DNA from: Promethearchaeota archaeon | GTDB taxonomy: Archaea > Asgardarchaeota > Lokiarchaeia > Sigyniarchaeales > SOKP01 | Direction of reading: 5' to 3' | NCBI GenBank assembly: GCA_019058445.1 | Contig: JAHPZA010000006.1 | Span: forward strand, 544,001 to 608,000 | Length of the DNA stretch: 64,000 nt | Notes under the pieces: generated by a model | What the model was told of the DNA's origin: nothing | What the model saw: only the letters and a program-made list of their open reading frames with translations | The model's database searches: none | Position numbers and translations under genes: made by a program | In this document: one piece after another, positions 19,317 to 28,049 of the stretch | How the letters are laid out: the number at the start of each line of letters is the position of its first letter | How positions within the stretch are numbered: position 1 is the stretch's first letter

Positions 19317-21485
19317 TTAAAAATCATCTATTTTTTTTTGATTTTCTTTTTCATATTTATGGATTTTATTAAATTCTACTTTTAGTTGAGCATGGTTTTC
19401 TAAAAATTTCTTTAACTCTTTTTTATGATTTACTTTACAATAGTTAGAAAGCTTAATTTTCAAATCTTTTAATTCCCTTAAATTGGATGTAATATTGTTT
19501 TTCGTGACAACAATATTATTTATTACTATGTTATGGAAGATTTTTCTTTCTTCTTCGTTAAAATCCATTATTTCAGCAAATAAGTCATGTCGGATTATTA
19601 TAACCCTTTTAGAATACAAATTTCTTTCTTTTTCCGAAATTTTAGCATTCTTAGGAAAATCTATAACTTTTAAAGGCATATCTGAAATACCAATAATAAA
19701 AAGTAAAGTATAAGGTGTATAATATTTTCTAGCTTTATCTAAGATATTTTCTTCATTCAAATTACTAGTAAAATCGAATAAGATAATTTTATATTTAAAC
19801 AAATCTAATTTCAATTTAACAAGATTATCTCTAATTTTTTGAGTGAAATCTTTATTGACTATTAATAATCCATCAATTCGGTAGTTATAATTAAGAAATA
19901 TTACAATTTCAGAATAATATAGACTTCCCAGTTTCCTGGTCATTAAAAAATTGATACATTTATGAGAAAGAATACCTATATTTCTATATTTAGCAAAATA
20001 TGTATCGTTAAAACGGATGTCATATAAGGTAGGATTGAGGATTTTTTTCGCAATATCAGTTATAGGTCGTCTACTTACCCCATATGCCTTAGCAATTTTA
20101 GTTAGAGATCTTCCATTTTCAAAATCTCTAATCTCATTAACTATTTCGGAAATATCATTTATTAAATCTATTTTTATACCAATATTATCACTTATCACTT
20201 CTATAGAGATTCCAAGCTCCAAATCATTAATGATTTTATCCCTAAGGTCTATATTAGATAATGTGTTATAAAAACCCAAGAAATTAGCAATTTTTTGAAT
20301 TTTTTTTCGTGGTATATTATATTTTCTGGCAATATCCACGGGTACCCATTTATCTATTAACATCCTATATAATATACAATTTATAATTTCATTGTTCCTG
20401 TTGATTGAAACTACTTTTTTTATGGTTTCATCATAGTCAATGTCTTGATTTTTTGTCCAAGTCTTAAAATCACTTATAATCTTAAAACTATGAATAGGGC
20501 GAATTAAATACTTATCAGATTTAATGCTTAAACTGTACTCTTTTAATAAAAATTGTAATTTAGGATTATTAAAATTCTGAAAGCTAATTTCTGTTATTTT
20601 ATCATCTAATATATCCTTAGCAATCTTCATTATCTTTTCTTTAGTAATTATATCTCGTCCTCTCTTAAGGAGCTTTATATATTTCGAGACGGTTGATTTT
20701 GAAATGCCTGCTCTTTTTGCTATTTGTCTGGCACTTTCTTCTGTTTGAATGATTCTATGTACAACAAATTTTACAATCTCAGAATTTCTATTAATTATTT
20801 CACATTTTTTTAGAATCTCATCTTTATTCAATTTAGACGAATAACCATCTAAAATATTTATTAATTTAGATTCATCAATATTTTTTATCCATAGTGCAAA
20901 CTCTCTTGTAATTCTAACCACATTATATGGAGAGTTAGTTCCTGATATATTTCGATAATATTTTAGTAATCTCTGAAATTGGGGATGAGTAAAATTTTTA
21001 AATTCTATTCTTTCAATGTTTTCTGCTACTTTAATTATATAATTGTCGGAGAAAGTATGTTTAAATCGATTATCAAATTTATTCTTAATTACAATTTTAG
21101 CTATTTGATTTAAAGTTGAATCAGTCATATGAAATTTTTCCTTCAATTCTGTTAATGAAACTCCAAAAACGAAATCAATAATATCTAAAACTAGAAGGAA
21201 ATGATCTTCAATTGTTTTAAAATTAACGTTGCGCCTATCAGTTTGTATTCTCGAACATTTATATTTATTGACAAAATCATGAAATTTATTATCAATTTCC
21301 AAGAAAATTTTTTCATATGTTGGATTTTTGAATAATTTCTTATTTCTTCTTATCTTAATGATATCATTTAAAATATGAACGAATTTATAGGTTTCTCTAA
21401 TATTCAACTCTTTTTTTAAATTTATAATAAAATGATTTAATTCCAATATTAGTTTTTTCCGTTCAAATGATATTCTTTTTACCAT
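19317..21485 (-). CDS. Multi-HTH protein with C-terminal PD-(D/E)xK-like nuclease domain and PIP box (putative free-standing endonuclease)
   Basis: HTH-like motifs SLTELKEKFHMT, SARQIAKRAGISKSTVSKY, PVDIARKYNIP, SIEVISDNIGI and SLTKIAKAYGVS. Nuclease-like stretch GILSH..SE..RIDG..LFDFT..DKARKY. Ends in QKKIDDF. Confidence 0.6.
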   Translation of the reverse strand: MVKRISFERKKLILELNHFIINLKKELNIRETYKFVHILNDIIKIRRNKKLFKNPTYEKIFLEIDNKFHDFVNKYKCSRIQTDRRNVNFKTIEDHFLLVLDIIDFVFGVSLTELKEKFHMTDSTLNQIAKIVIKNKFDNRFKHTFSDNYIIKVAENIERIEFKNFTHPQFQRLLKYYRNISGTNSPYNVVRITREFALWIKNIDESKLINILDGYSSKLNKDEILKKCEIINRNSEIVKFVVHRIIQTEESARQIAKRAGISKSTVSKYIKLLKRGRDIITKEKIMKIAKDILDDKITEISFQNFNNPKLQFLLKEYSLSIKSDKYLIRPIHSFKIISDFKTWTKNQDIDYDETIKKVVSINRNNEIINCILYRMLIDKWVPVDIARKYNIPRKKIQKIANFLGFYNTLSNIDLRDKIINDLELGISIEVISDNIGIKIDLINDISEIVNEIRDFENGRSLTKIAKAYGVSRRPITDIAKKILNPTLYDIRFNDTYFAKYRNIGILSHKCINFLMTRKLGSLYYSEIVIFLNYNYRIDGLLIVNKDFTQKIRDNLVKLKLDLFKYKIILFDFTSNLNEENILDKARKYYTPYTLLFIIGISDMPLKVIDFPKNAKISEKERNLYSKRVIIIRHDLFAEIMDFNEEERKIFHNIVINNIVVTKNNITSNLRELKDLKIKLSNYCKVNHKKELKKFLENHAQLKVEFNKIHKYEKENQKKIDDF

Positions 21486-21641
21486 ATTTTTTTATTTTTA
21501 AATAATCAAGAGTATAATTTAATGGTCTAAAAATCATCTAACGTTTTTAATACTAACAGTAACATAATTTATTTATTTTTAAAAGAAAACCAGATATGAA
21601 TTGAATATTAAATTTTGTTTTAATTAGACTAATCAATGAAG

Positions 21642-21685
21642 GGACATATTGGTCATGGAACGCTTCTTATGTGATTTCTTGTATA
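21642..21685 (+). pseudogene. Degenerate relic of the start of iolM exon 2
   Basis: gga cat att ggt cat gga acg ctt ct- tat gtg att tct tgt ata = GHIGHGTLxYVISCI, versus GHSGHGTFPNVISCM in the functional copy. Confidence 0.8.
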
Positions 21686-21694
21686 TTTACTTCA

Positions 21695-22477
21695 TTAATG
21701 ATAATAGTCTATAAATTCTCCTTCGATTTTCTTAAAAGGAATTAGCTTAAATAATTCTTCGAAAAGATAATTATAGGTTTCTAAATCAAAAATTTTAAAC
21801 TCAAATGAGTATTTCTGAAAATCTCCTTCATCTAAATTGTTAAAATAATCAAAATATAATCCAATTTTATAATAATCTGTATAAGTGTGATCGACAGTTA
21901 TTGTTTTAATGTTAAATATATTGACAAAAATATATTTTTCAGTTAAATTAAAATTTTTTTTTGAATACTTAGATTTCAATTCTAAATAATTCTTAAGTTT
22001 CTTTTTCGGATAATTTTGAATCCATCTTTTATTAGTTAATATTTTATCTCTTCTAGTATCTGTTAATTTTTTATTTAAACCATATGTTCTGAATAAAATC
22101 CTTTCATCTCTTTCTAAATGATCGAATATTTCTGTTCTTGCTAAGATCATATTAATGCACTTAAGAACTGCAGGTATTATTTTTTTTTTAAAGGATTTTT
22201 TTGGCACAGCATAACCTTGCTCCCTTCTTCCTTTATAAAATATGTTTAATACACCATTTTCGACTTTAAATATAATCTTAAATAAAAAGTTCTTTGTAAT
22301 TAATTTTAATGTTGTCGATAAATGTTCACGAGGGCCATATTCTTTTATATTATAGCGAGATCTTTTAGTACCATAAATATTTGCTGTAATATTTCTCACA
22401 AATTCATCAAAAACTTCATTGATATCCTTCAGATATTTGTCTAGTCTAACAATTAGTTCTGGCTCTTCTTCCATCAT
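21695..22477 (-). CDS. Hypothetical protein (orphan, AT-rich)
   Basis: 260-aa ORF with no recognisable motif. Confidence 0.65.
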   Translation of the reverse strand: MMEEEPELIVRLDKYLKDINEVFDEFVRNITANIYGTKRSRYNIKEYGPREHLSTTLKLITKNFLFKIIFKVENGVLNIFYKGRREQGYAVPKKSFKKKIIPAVLKCINMILARTEIFDHLERDERILFRTYGLNKKLTDTRRDKILTNKRWIQNYPKKKLKNYLELKSKYSKKNFNLTEKYIFVNIFNIKTITVDHTYTDYYKIGLYFDYFNNLDEGDFQKYSFEFKIFDLETYNYLFEELFKLIPFKKIEGEFIDYYH

Positions 22478-22551
22478 CTTTCGTACAAATTTTTATAAAA
22501 AATGAATTGAATTCAAACTATTTGTTTAAAGTTAAAAAGAAATTAGAATTT

Positions 22552-22686
22552 ATAAATGCGATGGCAGCGGGTATGGATATGACACCCATGGTTACCAAAG
22601 AAATTAGTTTAGATCAAGTTCCTGAAAATCTCAAGCTTTTACAAACAGATCGAGAAAATTGTAAAATTTCTGCGAAAATAGCATAA
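22552..22686 (+). pseudogene. Displaced second copy of the iolM 3' end
   Basis: (INA)MAAGMDMTPMVTKEISLDQVPENLKLLQTDRENCKISAKIA*. 38/41 aa and about 93/126 nt identical to 19186-19311. Confidence 0.9.
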
Positions 22687-22727
22687 AATTTTGTTTAATT
22701 TCTAAATCTCTCTTTTTTTAATTACTC

Positions 22728-23795
22728 TTAAAACCTATAATCTGGTAAAGGTTCTTCAAAAACCCAGTGAAGTTCTTTAGGTAAATCATGATAATCCACT
22801 TGTTTTATGATATCCGTAAAATCTCGGCTGTTAAAGGTATTCCAAAATATTATCGTCTTATTTTTAATGTTTGGTTTGTTTTTATGGACGAAACCTAATA
22901 GCGCTGCAAATGTTTTCCCCGAATAAGTGGGCTCAAGAATAATATCTTCACCATTTTTTAAGATTTTAATAGCTTCAATACATTCTGGTGTTGGAATCCC
23001 ATAATCAATTCCATAATATTCCTCATTATAATGTAAATGCTCAAAAGTAATATCGGATATGGTATTACCAAAACTGTTTATATATTTTATAGTTCTATTG
23101 GATAACCGCCGTATTGCCCTGAAATTACAATCTCTCGAATAGGACACTTGTATAGCATGAATATTGGTCTTTAGTCCAGCAAGTTTTATTCCTAGCGTTA
23201 AACCTGCTGCCGTTCCAGCCGAAGCAGTCGGAACAAAAATATAATCTGGCTCAGGTATTTCTCCATTATCAACTTGATTTTTTAATTCAAACGCGGCATC
23301 TATATATCCTAAAGTCCCTAATGGATTACTGCACCCTACTACCATGTAGTAAAAATCATCAGTTTTAGGAATAGCATTGATTGGATAATAAAACTCGGTT
23401 TTATAATACAAATCTAATAATAAATTATCCCTCACGAAAGTAGAAACTGGTTGATCCATCATAACTGCTACAGGTTTCAATTTTAATTGATCGCAAAATA
23501 TTGCGTTTGCAACACATTGATTTGATCCAATGGTTCCTGCTGTGAGTATTTTTTTATAGTTCTGATTTAGAGCATCTGCATAAATAAATTCCATCTTTCG
23601 AGATTTATTACCTCCATACAGTGGAGAAGTAATATCGTCACATTTTACCCAAAGTGAGTTAATACCCAACTTGTCTTCTAATTTAGTTAATTTTTTGACT
23701 GGTGTCTGTGTAGGTACTAACTTCATCCATGGGATCTTTCCTTCAAGGTCGGGATATTTTTCAAATAATAGCGGTTTGCTTCGAGTTTCAGACAT
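22728..23795 (-). CDS. D-cysteine desulfhydrase / ACC deaminase family PLP enzyme
   Basis: Motifs LWVKCDD..YGGNKSRKMEF, GSNQ, ASAGTAAG and LEPTYSGK. Confidence 0.85.
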   Translation of the reverse strand: MSETRSKPLLFEKYPDLEGKIPWMKLVPTQTPVKKLTKLEDKLGINSLWVKCDDITSPLYGGNKSRKMEFIYADALNQNYKKILTAGTIGSNQCVANAIFCDQLKLKPVAVMMDQPVSTFVRDNLLLDLYYKTEFYYPINAIPKTDDFYYMVVGCSNPLGTLGYIDAAFELKNQVDNGEIPEPDYIFVPTASAGTAAGLTLGIKLAGLKTNIHAIQVSYSRDCNFRAIRRLSNRTIKYINSFGNTISDITFEHLHYNEEYYGIDYGIPTPECIEAIKILKNGEDIILEPTYSGKTFAALLGFVHKNKPNIKNKTIIFWNTFNSRDFTDIIKQVDYHDLPKELHWVFEEPLPDYRF

Positions 23796-23905
23796 TTTTC
23801 TAATCCAAATTTGTTATCGATCATATTAAAATTATGATTTTACATAAAATTTGGGATTACAAAAAAATTTCTAAAAAAATATCCAGCTTTTCCCGTTAAT
23901 CAAAC

Positions 23906-25663
23906 TTAATAAGAATTTGGTGGAAGTAATTCCATAGGATCAACTACTACATCAACCAAATTAAACCCATCTGATTTTATCGCATCTTTTATTGCGGAAT
24001 CAAGTTCTGAGAGTCTTTCTACTCGTATACCAGTTCCTCCAAATACTTCTGATATCTTTGCAAAATTAGTATTTGGCCTGTCTGTATCATAATATCTATG
24101 CTTGTAAAGCATTGCTTGTCCGAACTTAACAAATCCTAATGCAGAATTATTTATAATCACAATGGCACAATCTAAATCCAATTTTTGTATGGTCTCGAAT
24201 TCATTTAAACCTCCATTCATTAAACCTCCATCTCCAGTTAATAAAATCTTCTTAGGATTACTCTTATCAAAATCATACTTATCAGCTGCTATGCATGTTC
24301 CGATAAGTGCTCCCACACCAAATCCAGTGGGACCTACACCTCGAGGAGTGATAATTTTTCGACCGATGCTTTTGACTGGAAAATAAGCCCCTATCCATCT
24401 GGAGCTGGCACTTGCATCAGTAACTAAATAATCATTTTCTGTCATATTATCAGAAATAGCTTTTAAAATTCTTTGAGGCTTTATAGGATCGCTATTCATC
24501 CATTTTGCATTATCTATTTCACGATATTTTTTATGGTCAGATCTCAACTTCTCAATATTTATTAATCGCTCTTTAATTAAATCATGATCATTTTGTAAAT
24601 TGGTTATGCCTCGCTCAGTAAGAAATTTCAATATATCTGAAAGGGCTGCTTTAGGGTCTCCCACAACCCCCCAAGGATGATAATTAAGCCCAATTTCGGC
24701 AGGGTCGATGTCAATTTGAATCATTTCTGTTTTCTGAGTTGGAATTTTAAAATTTGCGGTATCATCCTCTGTCAATCTATTTCCAACAACAATAAGCAAA
24801 TCAGCTTTAGTTCTAATAAACTTATGGTTAGGTTTCTCACCAAAAAGACCAACAGTCCCAAGATACAAGTTTTCTTGACCTTTAATTTCTTGGACCATTA
24901 TCCCCTTGCCAGATATGGTAGAAAACACAGGAGCTTTTAATAATTCACTTAATTTTTTAATTTCAAAAAATGCTCCAGAATTAACAGCCCCCCCTCCAGT
25001 GTAAAATGCAGGTTGTTTGGCATCTCGTATCATTTCCACAGCTTGTTCTATTTCAGCACTAGGAGGTGCAATACGGCAGCTATTTATTGAACAAGATCCT
25101 TTTATACGAGGAATGAATTCTTTTAATTTCAATTCTGAAGAGGATATAACATCTTCTGAAATTATTAAGGCAACTGGCCCAGGTTTCCCATTTACAGCTT
25201 GCTTGATAGCGTATGTCATAAATCTTGGCAAATATTCTGCTGATAATACTTTTCCAGTCCATTTTGTAACTGGAGTCAATGTTTCTGCTACTTTAATATC
25301 GTGTGGAATATTCCTCAACTCATCATGTGATTTTATTACTCCAACAATAGCTAACACCGAAGAAGCTGAACCTCTAGCTTCAGCAAGTGCTACTGGAAAA
25401 TTCATAGATCCTGCTGCTCCAGCATCACAAACACCAAGTGTTCCTGTTACCCGTGAATATGCATCAGCAGCAAAACAGGCACTACGCTCATCATTAAATA
25501 ACACATGTTCAATCCCCCCCGTAGCAAGAATACCATCGTAAAATCCCAAAGTATGACCATCTGGAATCCCAAAGACATGCTCAACACCATGTTCTTTTAA
25601 AAACCTTGCCATCCCGTGCCCTGTATGAATAATTTGCCTCAAGTTTTCTGATTCCATTTTCAC
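23906..25663 (-). CDS. Thiamine pyrophosphate-dependent enzyme (acetolactate synthase-like)
   Basis: Motifs VFGIPDG, DERSACFAADAYSR, QIDIDPAEIG and GDGG...INNS. Confidence 0.85.
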   Translation of the reverse strand: MKMESENLRQIIHTGHGMARFLKEHGVEHVFGIPDGHTLGFYDGILATGGIEHVLFNDERSACFAADAYSRVTGTLGVCDAGAAGSMNFPVALAEARGSASSVLAIVGVIKSHDELRNIPHDIKVAETLTPVTKWTGKVLSAEYLPRFMTYAIKQAVNGKPGPVALIISEDVISSSELKLKEFIPRIKGSCSINSCRIAPPSAEIEQAVEMIRDAKQPAFYTGGGAVNSGAFFEIKKLSELLKAPVFSTISGKGIMVQEIKGQENLYLGTVGLFGEKPNHKFIRTKADLLIVVGNRLTEDDTANFKIPTQKTEMIQIDIDPAEIGLNYHPWGVVGDPKAALSDILKFLTERGITNLQNDHDLIKERLINIEKLRSDHKKYREIDNAKWMNSDPIKPQRILKAISDNMTENDYLVTDASASSRWIGAYFPVKSIGRKIITPRGVGPTGFGVGALIGTCIAADKYDFDKSNPKKILLTGDGGLMNGGLNEFETIQKLDLDCAIVIINNSALGFVKFGQAMLYKHRYYDTDRPNTNFAKISEVFGGTGIRVERLSELDSAIKDAIKSDGFNLVDVVVDPMELLPPNSY

Positions 25664-25825
25664 TCAAACACTATAAATTTATCATAGGATTTTAGGAATC
25701 GAAATTATAAAAAAGTCATTTCTAGAAATTATTAATTTATTCAATCTCAACCAAATCTGGATGAATTTCTCTAATAGAACTAAACAGAATTAATCAATTA
25801 GAATTTATAATTCATTATAATTTTT

Positions 25826-25949
25826 AATGAAAAATTATAATTTATCGCAAAACTTTATAAATAATTATAATCCGTTACAAAGATCAGTGATGGATTATAA
25901 TTTATTATAGGGAATTAATGATAGATTATAATTTATTACGGGAAATTAA
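25826..25949. repeat. Degenerate 30-31 bp tandem array with ATTATAAT core
   Basis: ATTATAAT occurs at 25834, 25864, 25894 and 25925. The last two units (25888-25918, 25919-25949) are nearly identical. Confidence 0.6.
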
Positions 25950-26075
25950 TCAATATTTATACAAAAACTTAAATATAAAATCTATTTTTACATTTTCAAC
26001 TTCAATTCGGACAAAAAAATACTATATCCCCTTTTCACTGATAAAAATCCGGGGTTATTTTTATAAAGATTATAA

Positions 26076-26984
26076 TTGCAAATCTTAGAAATTAAGGAGG
26101 TAGGACAGAATTTGGCAAATTTTCCAAATGAACTAAATTATGTTATAATTCCAGTAATAATCCTAGTCATTTTTCTTATTTATAGAAGTAGATTTAATCT
26201 AAAAAAGGGCACCTCAAAGTTTAAGGTTGCTTTTTTAATGGTGCTCTCGAATTTATTTCTGTTGTTAATCGCTGTATTCGCGATAGGAACTATGAATCTT
26301 GAAATTATTAGTACAATTGTGTCTTATGCTTTAGGAACTGCTTTCTTTCTTTACACTCTATACTTTACCATAAAAGTATTAGATTTACATGAAAAAACAA
26401 TTAAAAATATGCTCATTGAAAGTTCAGAGACTTCCATTGATGTTGCAAATATCGCAACAGAACTTGCAGCAAGTTCGAATGAAGTTAATGCTGCAGCGGA
26501 AGAAATAGCATCAACAACTCAAAATATTTTTATAAATAGTAAGAAAGTAATGTCTTCTACTGATGATATTCAAAAACTTATGAGCCTAATTATCAACATT
26601 TCAGAGCAAACGAATTTACTAGCTTTAAATGCGAGTATAGAAGCCGGGAGAGCAGGTGAATATGGCAGGGGTTTTGCGGTAGTTGCTGATGAGGTAAGAA
26701 AATTGGCCGAAGAATCAAAGACTTCAATTAAAAATTCTTCTGAAAAAATAGATGAGATAATACAACAAATTCGAGATACATATATGGAAATGGAAGGTAT
26801 TAGTGCATCTACTGAAGAACAAACATCGTCAATGGAAGAGATCAATTCAACTGCAGAGAGACTTAGTGCACTAGCTGAAGAACTGAAAACTAGTTTAAAT
26901 CAGTATGCTAATGATATTGAGTCAACGAAAACTAAAGCTAAAGTGCAACCTAAATCAAATGATTATTTAAATATTATCATATAA
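26076..26984 (+). CDS. Short methyl-accepting chemotaxis-like protein
   Basis: [39 protein letters not shown] hairpin; three N-terminal TM segments. Confidence 0.9.
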   Translation: MQILEIKEVGQNLANFPNELNYVIIPVIILVIFLIYRSRFNLKKGTSKFKVAFLMVLSNLFLLLIAVFAIGTMNLEIISTIVSYALGTAFFLYTLYFTIKVLDLHEKTIKNMLIESSETSIDVANIATELAASSNEVNAAAEEIASTTQNIFINSKKVMSSTDDIQKLMSLIINISEQTNLLALNASIEAGRAGEYGRGFAVVADEVRKLAEESKTSIKNSSEKIDEIIQQIRDTYMEMEGISASTEEQTSSMEEINSTAERLSALAEELKTSLNQYANDIESTKTKAKVQPKSNDYLNIII

Positions 26985-27045
26985 ATCTAACATTTTTTTT
27001 CCTAAATTTCTTTATTAATTTCTTCTGTAAATGAAATACATACTT

Positions 27046-27858
27046 TTACATAATCATTTTTAAAAACTCTGAACTTTCTTTAGCGACTTCCTCGAACGAA
27101 GGTTTCATTATTGCTTCAATTGAAGCAAAACCGTTATATCCTGAGTTTTTAAAGATATTCAAGAAACTCTTAAAATCAAAATGTCCCGTACCTGGTGCCC
27201 GACGATTGTCATCAGCAAGGTGCAAGTGTGCGACATAATGAGCCTTGTTTTGCATGTATTCCCAAATATAAAGTGGATCTTCCTCTAAATACGTATGAAA
27301 GGAATCAACAAGTAATTTCAAATGATCAGAACCGATTTCTTCCAGTAGGCTAATAGATTCTGAAATGGTATTGTATGAATCTATTTCAAATTGATTAATA
27401 GGCTCAAATAATAATATAACATCATTATTTTCAGCTAGGCGGCAACATTCTTTTAACGATGAGATGATATTTAATTTCTCTTTTTTCGCACTACTTTCAA
27501 AATTATACCGCCCTCTAATTAACCCGATTATCACTTTGGATTTTGTCTCACGAGCAAATTCTATATATTTTTCAATCCGCTCAATTGCTTTTTTCCTCAT
27601 AAACTCTTCATGATGCCCTAAAGAATACCCAAATCTGATATAAGTTCCACCCGTTCCTAAAGCAGGAATTTCTAACTGATAGGATTCCTTGATTTCATTA
27701 AGTCTTAGCACTTCTATCTTTTCTGGTTCTAAAAGGCTTAACTCAATCCCATCATAATTCAGTGGCTTTAAAAAATCACATAACGAGGAAAATTTGTTAA
27801 GTATCTTTTCTTGATTGTTTTTGGATTCTTTCAACCCTGAAACTATACTTAGTTTCAT
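27046..27858 (-). CDS. iolO: 5-keto-L-gluconate epimerase (xylose isomerase-like TIM barrel)
   Basis: MKLSIV, YDGIEL, IPALGTG, IIGLIRG, EPIN, DSFH and HLADDNRRAPGTGHFDF, in inositol-pathway context. Confidence 0.7.
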   Translation of the reverse strand: MKLSIVSGLKESKNNQEKILNKFSSLCDFLKPLNYDGIELSLLEPEKIEVLRLNEIKESYQLEIPALGTGGTYIRFGYSLGHHEEFMRKKAIERIEKYIEFARETKSKVIIGLIRGRYNFESSAKKEKLNIISSLKECCRLAENNDVILLFEPINQFEIDSYNTISESISLLEEIGSDHLKLLVDSFHTYLEEDPLYIWEYMQNKAHYVAHLHLADDNRRAPGTGHFDFKSFLNIFKNSGYNGFASIEAIMKPSFEEVAKESSEFLKMIM

Positions 27859-28049
27859 AATAATCTAATTATTTGTCCTTATTTTAAAAAATTTAAGATA
27901 ATTTTTGAGAATTATATGTCAAAACTTTTTTCTCAAGGTCGAGAAGTTTATATAAATAGTACGTTATATAATTAAATAAAATATGATTTAATTATGAAGA
28001 AATAAACCAATTTCCTCGTAATTATTTTAAAGATAAAGGTAGGATTGAT

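Larger units (their letters stand above)
19114..22551. mobile_element. Putative mobile/selfish cassette inserted in iolM (intron + replacement 3' exon + HTH-nuclease + orphan ORF)
   Basis: Very AT-rich ORFs sit antisense between the functional iolM 3' end and displaced iolM 3' fragments (21642-21685, 22552-22686). Boundaries are approximate. Confidence 0.6.

Noticed and set aside
19317-22477. IS element or provirus
   Set aside because: No DDE, HUH or tyrosine/serine recombinase motifs, terminal inverted repeats or virion genes were recognised.
25826-25949. CRISPR array
   Set aside because: The units are contiguous degenerate repeats with no unique spacers, and no cas genes are present.
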